Of a stretch of DNA of 64,000 nucleotides, positions 48,192 to 59,239 are shown piece after piece. The notes below the pieces were generated by a model. That model saw nothing but the letters and a program-made list of their open reading frames with translations, ran no database searches and was not told where the DNA came from. The first letter of the stretch is position 1. Every line of letters begins with the position of its first letter. Source of the DNA: Eutreptiella sp. 'Long Island Sound 2002' (Eukaryota > Protista > Euglenida); the NCBI GenBank assembly GCA_964036045.1, contig OZ038378.1, positions 25,916,001-25,980,000 of the forward strand, given 5' to 3'. A program made the position numbers and the translations under genes.

Positions 48192-48559
48192 ACACGTACC
48201 TGATCTAACAAGCGCGGCTGTCACTGAGCTGTTGGCTAAACTAAAGTTGGCATCATGGATGCGACAATGTGGGGTTGGGCGACTACGTCAGGGCAGTAGA
48301 GAGGCCAGTGGCGCGGCCGGTTGGCAAGGCTGGCGGAGATGGCGACCATGGGGACTGGTTGGCGTATCGGATGTGGGCCGTGCTGGTCGAGTCCTAGCGA
48401 GCGTACACGGAGAAGTTTGCCCACCTAGCCGCACTTTCCGCATCGCAAGCGACCAACCCCCTCGACGGGTTGGCCTCACGGGACGCCTGACAACAAGGTG
48501 GCGATAATTTTACCTATAAAGATATAAAATTTGCCACGAGAGGAGGGGAGGAGGGCTAA

Positions 48560-49400
48560 GGGCCGTTGGGTACCTGAAACGGCTCTGGCGTCGCAGCCCT
48601 GCAAGCGCTGCCTGGACATGGGCCTGAATGCCGAGGTGGCCAAGCACCGGCACTACCAGTACCCCAACTGGTCCTGAATTCCCGGGATGGGAACCTGGGG
48701 ACCGGCGCCAGGTCCCCTTGGAGTCAAGCACGGAAATGGGGTCGGACACGACCTCAGCTTCCCGGGGACCATGTCTATGGGACGTTTTCGCGTGGCAGCG
48801 CTGGCGTGGTCGGCGGCTTGTACCGGCGTTCGCCCGAACGACGCGACGATTGTCACCATGCGAACGTGGGCACCCAAGACCACCTGACAGTATCCAGGTT
48901 CACTGTTCGCGGTCGCGGATTTCGAGGACAACCATGGGTTGCCTATTGGACCGTGAGCATGCCTATCGGAGTACCTTTCCACCAAAGTGTTGGCTGGGGT
49001 GGCCCGATCGACCCTCCGTAACGTGGTGTCCGCGGCACAAGGAGCGGAGTACTTGGGCCTCCTACCGCCCACGACCCTCCCCATCCATTGGAGATAGGCC
49101 AAGGGAGGACGGTCGTCGGGGCGCCAACCCTATTTCAGTCCCCCCGTGCTGGCCTTCTTGAGTCAGGCAGCGCACACCCGCGAGCAACGTATTGCAGTGG
49201 GACTCGGGTGCCTTAGCTACACGCTCTGGCTGCGAACATCCGAAGCAGCCCATTGCGCCGAGAGGCCTGCGAGGGACACCCATGGCCTCCTTCATCGCCA
49301 CGAAAGTGGGGGGACCCTCCGAAGAGAAGCGTCCACTATGCCGCTGGGCAGCTGGTTGTGCTGCTTAACTCTTGGCAATGGTGGACGAGTAGGCAAATCC
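48560..49400 (+). pseudogene. Tyrosine recombinase N-terminal half (DIRS-like element)
   Basis: LSEYLSTKVLAGVARSTLRNVVSAAQGAEYLG..PYFSPPVL..LSYTLWLRTSEA (box I Arg motif), then FIATKVGGPSEEKRPL (Lys region) after a frameshift. Confidence 0.7.
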
Positions 49401-49649
49401 GGCATAGCCGTTCACGGAATCACGAGCGCCGGGATTGGGCCATGAGGCAACGGAAACTGGGTTCACATAAGCCCCCGTGTCACAGGCGCATGGTCATAAC
49501 CACATTGTTCAATGTCATGCTTGCTGCACTGCAGCGTAGACTAGTTCTGTACCACACCAGGTGGTTGCTGACTGTGCATTGGCTCTGCTCCTCTGAACAG
49601 TGAGGTCAGCTCGCACCCACCACCCACCCACAGTGCCGGTTAGACTCTA

Positions 49650-50070
49650 ACCCTTGCCCTGCAGGTCGTGCCCCTGCCTTGCACTCATTCCTTGGCACGT
49701 AAGGACGTGTCGTACTCGTGCCTCAGGGGCGCAAAGGCGCCTGTGATGGCGCAAAGGCGTCTCAACATTTCATCATGTGCTCCTGCTGTCAGGTGTCTCA
49801 ACAGATCATGCTGTACCGTGTGTGGCGCCTACCTTTTTCGCTCCACTCCATTCATGCGCATGCTGTCCACTTGTCCTTGCCCACTGGCTTCCAACTGCCT
49901 CACGTGGGCCGCACTCTCGCAGCCCCAGTCATGCTTCGGCGAGTCAACACGTGACTACGTGTCGAGCCTATGGCTCAGGGGCGCTACGGCGCCCTGTTTT
50001 TTTCACCACTTGACCGCTCCGTGCTGTCTTGGCGTCCCATACACCCTGGTCAGCTTGAACCCACCACCCT
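49650..50070 (-). pseudogene. APE endonuclease fragment related to the 51-57 kb L1
   Basis: 19-bp identity tggcacgtaaggacgtgtc (49693 and 55543). Translation AFAPLRHEYDTSLRAKE versus AFAPPEFEHDTSLRARD. Confidence 0.55.
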
Positions 50071-50099
50071 CCCTTTGCGCCGGTTAGCCCCCGTCTCTT

Positions 50100-50204
50100 G
50101 CTCTGTGGGTCTCTCTCCTACTCTCTCCCTCCCAATCTCTCTTGCTCTCTCCTGCTCTCTCTCTCCTGTTACTCCTCTCTGTTCCTTTCCCACTGTGCTC
50201 TGCC

Positions 50205-50237
<33 letters not shown>

Positions 50238-50245
50238 CCTCTCGC
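50100..50245. repeat. Imperfect (CT)n microsatellite
   Basis: ctctctct-rich tract seen directly. Confidence 0.9.
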
Positions 50246-50282
50246 CGAAAAAAGGGGGGTTCGGGTCGTTCGGTGCATCTCT

Positions 50283-50360
50283 ATCCCCCCCGGGGTTCGA
50301 ACCATCCTCTACGGGACAGAAGAGGTGTGGAGTATCCACTGGGCCACGACGATTGGGTAT
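50283..50360 (-). mobile_element. tRNA-derived SINE-like head
   Basis: A-box tggcccagtgg (50346-50336) and B-box ggttcgaacccc (50303-50292), 43 nt apart. No cloverleaf. Confidence 0.5.
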
Positions 50361-50419
50361 CTGCACCATGCGCTCTGATCTTTCTCTCATGTGTGTCACC
50401 CCCTGTTATGCGTATCTTC

Positions 50420-51240
50420 TTTCGCATGGAGGTGTGTTCAGCAGCGTGTAGAGGAACCGCACAGCGTCCCCGGGTACCGGGTCCGCCTGCCTGAAGAGCG
50501 TTCTTTGGAACAGCCGCAAGAGGTCCGCTCGGCCTGCCAGCCACACATGCATGCAATCTCCAGTTCTGCTCACCTAGGAGGGCACCGCTCTGTGTCCCTC
50601 TGCCGTCGGACAGTGGAGGATCGCCTCCCACTGGAACGGGTGCCACTTGCCTGCACTTTTGGGTCGCCACTGGACCTGCATGTTCGCCAGAGCCTGAGAC
50701 TTCAGGGTCCAGTTGATCTGGACCAGCACCGAGTAGAGCTCCTGATTGCTCATCAGCAATGGTTCCCCATGGTTGTCCACAATCTCACAGTGCATCCTAG
50801 TGTCATGTGGTTGGTCCAGTCGGAGCCAGATCTGCTGGTTGCGGGCCCAGGCCATTGTGGTCAGCTCTGCTTTAACTGCTTGCATTCCTTCATTCGCAAT
50901 GGCGTCCAGCTGGCTCAGTGCTTGCACTTTGAAACGCTGGCGTTCTTGCTGAGGCTTGACCTTCTTTGGGGTTGGCTGGATGTGTGTGTATGGGCCATAC
51001 CGCTGCTGATGTGATCCCTTCTGCTGCTGTGTCCTACGAGACGGCATAACGCCTGGATGCTTGTCCGCGACAGGACGCGGCTTTCAGCTGCTTGGAGGTC
51101 TCCTTTGTGTGCTGCCGCTCGCTGCGACAAAACGCAGCTCGTGTGATGAAAAGCTCCGCGTCAGAACACAGATTTCAGGCATGCATCGTTGTGCTTGGAA
51201 CCTGTGAAATGTCCGCACCATTGTGCAAGGGCTACTGGCT
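50420..51240 (-). pseudogene. Unidentified coding remnant immediately 3' of L1 ORF2
   Basis: ORF 50574..51047 reads as natural protein (WLRLDQPHD..WEAILHCPTAEG) and continues in frame past a TAG. No recognised domain. Confidence 0.3.
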
Positions 51241-51246
51241 CTGTCA

Positions 51247-54200
51247 TTATCGACCCTGTCCTGGGTTCCTGCGTTTCCTGAGCCTTTGCTTCTTGCGCTG
51301 CCGCCTGGTGTCACTCACATCTGTGCTGAAGCACAGTGTGTCCGCTGCTGACAGTTCATTCAACAGTACTCCCTGGTGTGTGTGTCCTGTCCTCATTTCC
51401 TCACTTTCTGTACTGCTTGAGGAGTATGGTCCCATTTCACGTGGCGCTGGCTCCCCGGATGCCTCAGCTGTCAGTTCATCACTGTCCATGGGTACCATAC
51501 CCAAGGATGACCAGAGTGCCCTGGTGCCCTCTGACTCTGATCCCGACCCTCCCCTCAAGCCTACCGTGGACTCTGACCCTGATGATGAATTTGGAGCAAC
51601 ATGCTGAGACCACAGTGGGCTCAGACACATGCCTTCCATTGCCAATTCATTCGCCACCCCGTTTCCCTGCACGTTGACATGTGCTGGGACATGCTCCCAC
51701 CTGACTTCTCTTCCCGGCGTCGCCATTTCCTGGAGCAGCATTTCCCAGACTAGGACGTGGTCCTGCAGTTTTCCAGACGTGGTTGTCCATCCCTTTGACT
51801 TCCAGTGTTGGGCCCTGCCAGTCGCTCCCAGCCGCAGGTATTGCGAGTCTGTGAGGATTGCCAGTTTTGGCACCCAGAATCCCTGTAAGGCTTCTACGGC
51901 TGCCCAAAGCTCTGCTCCGTTATTTGTTTGCCTGTGATGTGTTGGTACGTAGCCGCAGAAGCGTACCTCTGGTCCTTGATCATCTTCCGCCGCGAACACG
52001 CCAAAGCCTCCGGCCCTGCGCATGTCATTGTGGCCCAGTCTTTTGGACGATCTGTCTGTGTACACTATCCTGTAGCCCTTTGCCACCAGTTGTGCAATCA
52101 GATTTTGCACTCCTTGTGGCACTCCCGGGCCTGCCTGCCTCGGGCGCTTCGGGCGTGATTCCGTTTCCCTTCGCCAACTGTGATTGTTGGCTGATCTCTC
52201 TTGGGTGAAGCACTCCGTGTGTGTTTGCCACCATGCATTCAATCCCCCATGTACTTGCACTTCCCCTTGTCGCGGCTGCACTCCGGTATCTCGAAGTTGT
52301 TCCAGTGATTTTTGAAAGCCTGTCCATTGTTCCCTACGCTCCCCTGTGTAAAATCCCACCCACTCAGATAGCTCCCTTAGCCATGTTGTCAGGTACGACG
52401 TGAACACCGGCGACGCTCCTGCCTTGACTTCGCATCGGTACCGCCAGTGGGCACTTCTTGCTGACCACATTGCCCAGCCTTGGTTCGTGTTCAGTAACCA
52501 TTCCTGGTCGTCGGACTCCATCATGTCTCGAACTGTGGATGTCCCGTTATCTGTTTCCACCTGGCCATAGTAGTGCTGTATAACCGCCGCCGCCGCTTTG
52601 AACATGGGGCATTCGACCATCGCGTGCTTAACCGTCTCCTTTTGTGAACACCCCGGGCACTTGTCAGTGCCTGACCTCTTGTAAACTCTTGCATGTACGG
52701 TCAGTTTGTGCCACGGCGCCTTTTGCGCAAAGTCCCGAACCCTCGGCGGCAGCTGTGCCTGTGCCAACTGTTCCCATACCTCCGGTGTTTGCGGGTCGCG
52801 GACCCCTGGCTGAGAGGCGTAAAACTAAAGCAGCCATGCCCTGGTCCAGTTTTGGGTGTGGACTGCGGGGGTATCAAACCCCCCTTGTGACGGGACTTTG
52901 TTGAGGAGTCGTCCGCCGTGATTGTAGACCCCTTTCCATATCCGAGGCAGTGCATTGAACAATCTTGCGTCCTCCAGGGATTGGAATTGACCCCACGTCG
53001 GCACCCCTTGCCGGATCAGTTTCGTGTTGTAGTAGGAGCAATTGAACTCATTTCGGAAATACACAAATTGCCACAATGGCAGGCGGTCCCGGTTTGCCGG
53101 GGGGGCCACCTGCGGGGCTACTCGCTGAATGTTGGAATGTGCCTTTGCCGACCATCCCAAGAACGTTAGATCAGCCGTTCGGACCATGCCCAGTTGAATA
53201 TATGGAAGGTTGTCCGTGGACGGTGTGAACCCGATGGTTGTTGCCCATGCATAGAAGGTCTCCACTGCCTTGTCGGGAAATTTGTGAGGCTCTCCCAACA
53301 GGCTGACGAACGGAGCCGCTGCCTGGTGCATAAGAAACAGCTCCGGCTCTGGCAGTGCCAGTCCCCCTTGCGTTCTTGGTCGTGAAAGGATTGGCAGGGT
53401 GATTCCCTAGCTGTTGGTACCCATAGTTACGTGGTACACCAACTTCAGTTGTCTGATCACCGAGACTGGGGCGTAGTATGCCTTGAATACCCAGGCCACG
53501 ACCGGCAGGATCCATGATGTCAGCATGAATGCACGTTCGTTCATTGACAGTTGCAGCGTGGATACCACCCTTGCGCGACGGAAGGCCTCTTGCAGTGCTG
53601 GTGCGAAAGCCTGCTCTATCGTCAGCACCCATCCTTGGTCATCCTGTTGGTGCCGAATATTCCCCAAGCGTACACCCAGATACTTGACGAAGTTTTTGAC
53701 GTCCACTCCAATGTCCCGAAAGCACCTCGCCCACTCCATTCCCCCACAATTGCGAACTATCGCTGCCGTTTTGCTAAGATTGACCTTCAACCCCGAAAAC
53801 TGTCCAAAACGAGACACCACTTCCCATACCCTCTTCAACAGTTGTGGGTTGGCTTGTCCTTCCAAGAAGATGATGAGGTCGTCTGCATACATCATGACAG
53901 TCAGCATTGGACCCAGGTCTTGTAGTGGGAAAATCACAAAGGATGCCACCAGGGAGAACAGCGCCGGGGAGAGTGGATCCCCCTGGCGCGTGCCTGCCCT
54001 CGGGTGGTGGTAGAGACCTGGGACGTATCGATCCTTTTCCAACGGAGTATAGATACGGTGCACGTAAAAGATGTAGTATCAGACGGATATACAAGAACGG
54101 TATGCACATTAGACCCAGTGCTGCCGACACCATCTCGTGAGGCATCGTGGGGAAAGCATTTCAGAAATCTACTGATAACGCCGCTCCTTCACGTAAGCCA

Positions 54201-56131
54201 TCCCAGAGTGCCCGTGACCCATAGACATGCTGGAGTATGCTTCTGTGGCGAAGGAAACCTATTTGCTGTGACGGGATGCAGTGAAGGAGTACATCCTCTA
54301 ACTGGATCGGGAGGATGTTAGTGAGCCACTTCTGCCTTGTAGTTTGCAGCGCAATTGGTCGGAGCGAGTCTGGTGTCTGCATTGCCTTCGTCTTGGGGAG
54401 CATTGTCACCACTCCCGAGGTCCATGTCTCCGGCATTTTGCCCACATCGAGGAAGCGTTTCAGTGAGTCATACATTTGCGGCTCGAAGATGCCCGAGAAC
54501 CTCTTGAAGAATTTTGCCGAGAAACCATCCAATCCAGGGGAACTGTTGCTGTTCAGCCTCTTAAGGCCTTCATGAACTATGTGCAGGGATAGTTGCTTGA
54601 AAGGGAGTCGACCTGCCTTGCGCAAACGCTGTTCCACTCCTAACGACTTCAGGTAGGCCACACATTCTTCTTCCGTGGATCCCGTTGGGGTGGACACTTT
54701 ATCCCAATGGTCCACCAGCTCTTTTGCCACCGCCTTTGCTCCCCGTATCGCCGAGCCTGTCCTGGATACCAGCTGCTGAAGTTTCTTTCGCTCTTGCAGC
54801 TCCCGCATTAACCGATACAATTCGTTCCTTTGCGTTCTCAGATCCCCTGAAGTTTCCCCCGTCGTGATCACCCCCTTGAGCTTAGAGAGTGTTTCCATGC
54901 CCGTTCTGTCACGCTGAGCCTTTTCATACACCCCCACCAGGAGGGTGTAGGCTGTTGCAGCATCTGTTGCTGCAATCCCCAGTGATGAAAGAAATTGGTA
55001 GACCGCTGGTGCGACAGAGTCTCTCGTGGAGCCACGCAGAAACCATAGGGCTTGTAGCTCAACCGACTGCTTTTTGTTTTTATGTTCCCTTTGATGGCTG
55101 ACCGCCTTCTTTTGAATGCAATTCAGCGCCTCTTCCCACCATTGATCTCCTGTTGATTTGATAGACTTGAGAGAGGTCTCCAGATCTTCCATTGCCTCCG
55201 GGTCTTCAAGGATGGTCTCTGGGCAGTAGAATCTGGGAACTGTGTCCTCTGTGTCGAAGGACGGGGGTGCGAATTCAGCCAGGATTGCCTTGTGGTCCGA
55301 GTTGGCAGCAAACATGGGGTACACGCTGGTCGCCAGGCTCAACAAGTCGGGTGTCGTGTGGATGCGGTCAATACCGCGTAGCCTCTGCGGGTCGAGTCGC
55401 TCTCCTTCTCGAGGGTAGCCGTATGTGAAGCCCGTCGGACATGATGCTTCCTTGTCCTTGATGTCCGTCAGGGTTGGACAATGGATGTCCACCCAAACAT
55501 CCTGCAGACCCGCTTTTGCCAAGGTTGTCACCTCCTGGTCTCTGGCACGTAAGGACGTGTCATGCTCAAACTCTGGGGGCGCGAAGGCGTCCCTGTGTTT
55601 TACAACTAAACTATTGTGATTAGCACATAAAATCAGGTTCGGTCCATGTAACTCCTTGGCGATGTCTTTCCATTGCGACTGTCGACGCGTGTGCTTGTGG
55701 TGGAAGTGGACCACAACTATGGCGATCTCCAGTGGACCACTCGACAGTGAGGCTTTCAGCGCCCTTGGAGACAAGAACTTCATTGATTGCAGTGTCCACT
55801 TGGATGTTTTCCACGCCAGTGCCACTCCTCCCCTTCCTTCTTCATGAACTGGTCCGTCCAGGCCATACCCAAACTTTGATAAGCACTGCATGCCCGCTTG
55901 ACGATCCTCCACCGTGACGAAGTGGGGCTCTTGGATGGCGAAGAAGTCCACCTCCAGGGACCGCAGCAGTGACCCTAGGGCCACTATGCGCTTTTGCTTA
56001 CGCTTTCTCATGGTTGTTTTCGTTTGAAACCCATTGATATTTTGGGACAATACTCTGAGCGTGCTGCTCAGAGGGATGCTTGATGCTAACGTCATCGCGC
56101 TGCTCCATTGGACGACGAAGCCTCCTTCCAT
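51247..56131 (-). pseudogene. L1/Tx1-like LINE ORF2: APE endonuclease - RT - CCHC knuckle - RNase H1-type (3 in-frame stops, 1 frameshift)
   Basis: SQNINGF, IQEPH, IDRIH, SDHKAI; SPGLDG, LRPIAL, SVDF*NAF (54161), RQGDPLSP, YADD, GLKVNLSK, KYLG; stops at 53407 and 52825; frameshift near 54030; CPGC..ETVKHAMVEC; YTDRSS, TNNGAEL, TDSQY, HVPAHVNVQGN. Confidence 0.95.
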
Positions 56132-57710
56132 CTTCCTTCAAGTCCCGCTTGCGTTTGAGGGAGTTGATGACCTTGTCGACTTGGTCATCCAACTCCATGG
56201 CCTTGGCCATTTCTCCCGCCGTGATTAGGCCTTGCCTGCGTGTCTTTGAATCGTCTGTGTTTCTGGACCGATCTGTGATTCGCCTTTTCCGCGCCTCATA
56301 ATCCGCCTCGGAAATCACGAACATCGGAGGCATCCCAGAATCTGACAAGTAGACCTTTCCAATCAGCTGCGTCACACTTTCCCCGGTCAATCGCCATGTG
56401 GCAGTGCGCATTTCCCCAACACTCCATCTGACGCGGTCCGCGATGTACCGGCAGTGTACTGAAGGAGCAAGGGCCTCAGTCAGCTCCGAGAGATACCACC
56501 ACGGTGCCACATCCAGAATGTACACTGTGCCCACAAGGTCCTTCTTCCATGTCGAGGGGACTATGGGCTTGGAGATGATATCCCTGTCGAGGAACTGTCC
56601 TGTCCTCAGGTCCTTGAAGACGGCCCCGATGGCAGCCACCAGTTCACGGTACCTTGTCTTCAACAGTGAGTGCCCAGTTTCCGTGAGACCCAGCAGCAGT
56701 TTGCTGGGCCCCAGCACGTGGATTTTCACTGGCGATTGTGCCTGCAGAACGCCCGGGATTGTCCAAAACATTGCGAGAACTGAGGCATACAGCATGGGAG
56801 ACCATGTTTCCTTGTGCGTCTTCTTGATCCATACCTCATAAACAGCAGACATGTTGATCAGGTTGGCACCACGATATCATTCCACTGGCTGGATCTCGAA
56901 CCTTGGCTTGGATCCGAACTGTGATACCACAGTATTCACCTGTTCCTCATTTAGCTCCGTGAAGAACAGCTTTGAGTTTCGTGGGTCTGTCCCCGGGAGG
57001 AGATGGACTTCATCAGAGTTCAGGCCAATAGACCCCAACAGCCCATTGATTAGGTCATTGTGGACCTGCACAGCGTATTGGTTATCCCGCACATCTGGCT
57101 CGTGGAACACCACCTTGTCAACTTCTGCCCCAGGCGTCATAAGTCGCAGAAGCTTGTACGTTGGGGGCGGAGATAGGTTCCTGGAATCCCTTGTGCTGCT
57201 TGCAATCCACACATCAAATCGATCATATGTGCGCATGTGCATGAGGGACCTGTCCGCCATTTGCAGCTTTTCGCAACCGAAAGGCAAGTTTGAGTTGAGG
57301 GCGAGTGCCCGATTGAGGAATGATGGCCTGTCATCATCATCGCTGACAGGTTCAAGCAGGATTGCAACAAAGCGGCCCAGCGTGGGCAAATCAGCAAGCA
57401 ATCTCTTAATTGCATTTTGGATTTTGTCATATTCAGTCATCTCCCCAACGAGCACAACGTTGGGGCGACTGCCGTAAAGGACGGCAGCAAGTTTTTCAGA
57501 CGAGTCGCAGTCCTTGAAGAGGTCGTACGACAGGGAGGCAGCCTCTGGAACTCCACTCTTCAACACCACTTCGTCCTGAATGATATAATCTGCGTCATCG
57601 ATGGCTGCCAAACACGCCAATTGGCGGGCGTCGGCAGGAACGATGACCTCGTCGCCTGGCGTGGCCAGACGGGCCTGGGTGTCCCGGACACTCATGCGGT
57701 CAGGGGACAA
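55998..57710 (-). pseudogene. LINE ORF1 (~565 aa, one in-frame TGA), no recognised domain
   Basis: 56877..57710 and 55998..56852 share a frame (GAA TGA TAT CGT GGT GCC AAC CTG ATC AAC ATG). Likely start ATG at 57695. Overlaps ORF2 by 134 nt. Confidence 0.8.
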
Positions 57711-57775
57711 GGAGGTGGCGTCGGCGGCAGTTTGTCAAGGCCCAGCGGCCCGGGCAAGCATGGATAGAAAGACAC

Positions 57776-57799
57776 CGAAAAAAATATACACTCAGAAAG
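57776..57799 (-). other. Euglenid spliced-leader exon relic at the 5' terminus of the L1
   Basis: Reverse complement CTTTCTGAGTGTATATTTTTTTCG versus the Euglena gracilis SL exon as I recall it, ACTTTCTGAGTGTCTATTTTTTTTCG: one substitution and one T fewer. Same strand as the LINE, ~80 nt upstream of the ORF1 ATG. Confidence 0.8.
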
Positions 57800-57814
57800 G
57801 ATTGGGATTGGGGG

Positions 57815-58400
57815 GGGGGGGGTCCGTTGCTGACATGCTGCGGGATTCGCGATGGAGCAAGCTGCGGTGGCATGCGTTTCGCTGGGGAGGTGGCGCAGCG
57901 TGCTACCACCGTGGACCGCACCTGAAGTTCCTCATGTGGTGGGGCCGCTGGCGGCGCCTCCAAACGGCGTTGGAACACGCTACCCGGTACAGCGATCCGG
58001 AGGTTGTGGGGCTTCTTTTGCCTGTGGCGGATACTGGCGTTTTTGTTGGCATTGTAGTGGAGGTTCCTGTCATGGACCTCTGGCTAGCAGCCATGTACGC
58101 CAAAGAGATGGTTGCCATCAAGGAACTGGACATCCTACCGGCTGCTGGCAATGGTGAACCTGCGCGGGCGCGGGAAGGCAGTGATGGCGAGCCTTCCGAC
58201 TCCGAATCCTCCACGTCGTCCTCCGAGTCCTTTGGTCTTCTCTCGAATCCGCTTGACGCTAAAGCCAAGAAGAGCGATGTTGGGAAGCGAACGGAGGGGA
58301 GTCAATCGGGGAAACGCGTTGTGGGCACGTGCGTCGTCGGGGTTAGATCCGCCGCCGGGCATCAGACACGCGGCAGCGGGCAAGCGGAAATGGGGACCCA
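57815..58400 (+). pseudogene. Tyrosine recombinase C-terminal half (DIRS-like element)
   Basis: RWHAFRWGGGAA (H-x-x-R), WWGRW, LQTALEHATRYSDP (box II region), followed by an acidic Ser-rich tail. Confidence 0.8.
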
Positions 58401-58502
58401 CTGTTGCCCCAAGTCCGCAGGCAGAGCTGCGGGAGTCAAATCAGCGCCAAGGCGATGGAGGTTGCCTGCTGTGGGCGGTGCCGTACGTGTCCACGGCCCT
58501 GT

Positions 58503-59168
58503 TCAGAGTGGCCCGAAGGTGGTGTTGGGCGGTGGTCCGGTCGGGAGTCGTCCCGCCGCCAGGGGCCGTCTTCGTGGGCGTATTGTGACCCTTTGTGCGG
58601 CGGTGCCCCGCGGTTGTGTTGTGACGGGGTATGCCGCGTCGCTTGTCGTGGCGGCTCCTGGGACACTGGGGAACGCGGGAGTTGGTGTCATGTGCTCCTG
58701 CTCTAGCCACCCTGCCCCCGGGGGTTGGGGGATCGGATTTTCCAGCTCCCGCGCCGGCGCATGGCGTCCCGGATGCGGAGAGCCGCCTTGTGGTGCCATG
58801 GCAAGTGCAAACGGTTCGCCTCGGCCGCAATGTAGACCCCCATGTGCGCCATGAGGCATGTGGCCACGTAGTGCAAGTGGTTGGGGTGGGCCATGGCGCC
58901 GGGGGGGGGGGGGCGTGCGGCTCCTCGCGGTGCCAGAAGATGACGTCCGCCATGTTGCGGTCTCCCGCAGCGATGTACGTGGTACGAGGTACTTGAGTTC
59001 GTCCAGCTTAGTCTGCAGTGACGCCAACGCTGCTTGTTGCTGCGCCAGCAGCGCACGCATTTGGTTCGGGGACATTGTGGACACGTTCAGGTCGGGGGAA
59101 CCGGAGCCTCCGCCAGAATTGGCAGAGGTTTTCGCGGACGAAGAGGTGAAAGAAAGCATCGTGCACAC
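58503..59168 (-). pseudogene. Frameshifted gag/ORF1-like N-terminus with a coiled coil
   Basis: MRALLAQQQAALASLQTKLDELKYL heptads, continuing in another frame (LHYVATCLMAHMGVYIAAEANRL). Family not recognised. Confidence 0.3.
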
Positions 59169-59239
59169 ACAAATTAAATTTTCGCAGAACTACAGTAGAG
59201 ATACTGGGGGGGGTTGTGAACTACTGTATGCCCAGAAAA

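Noticed and set aside
47007-48224. 405-aa minus-strand ORF
   Set aside because: Antisense shadow of the GC-rich 46920..48191 ORF, with no motifs.
51247-57710. Stop-codon reassignment or readthrough (e.g. TGA=Trp) explaining the in-frame stops
   Set aside because: The stops include TGA, TAG and TAA at Arg/Gln/Trp-type positions, TGG is used freely, and frameshifts co-occur. Ordinary decay is simpler.
57800-57811. GGATTG x2 as a telomeric seed next to the SL relic
   Set aside because: Only two units, and it does not match TTAGGG.
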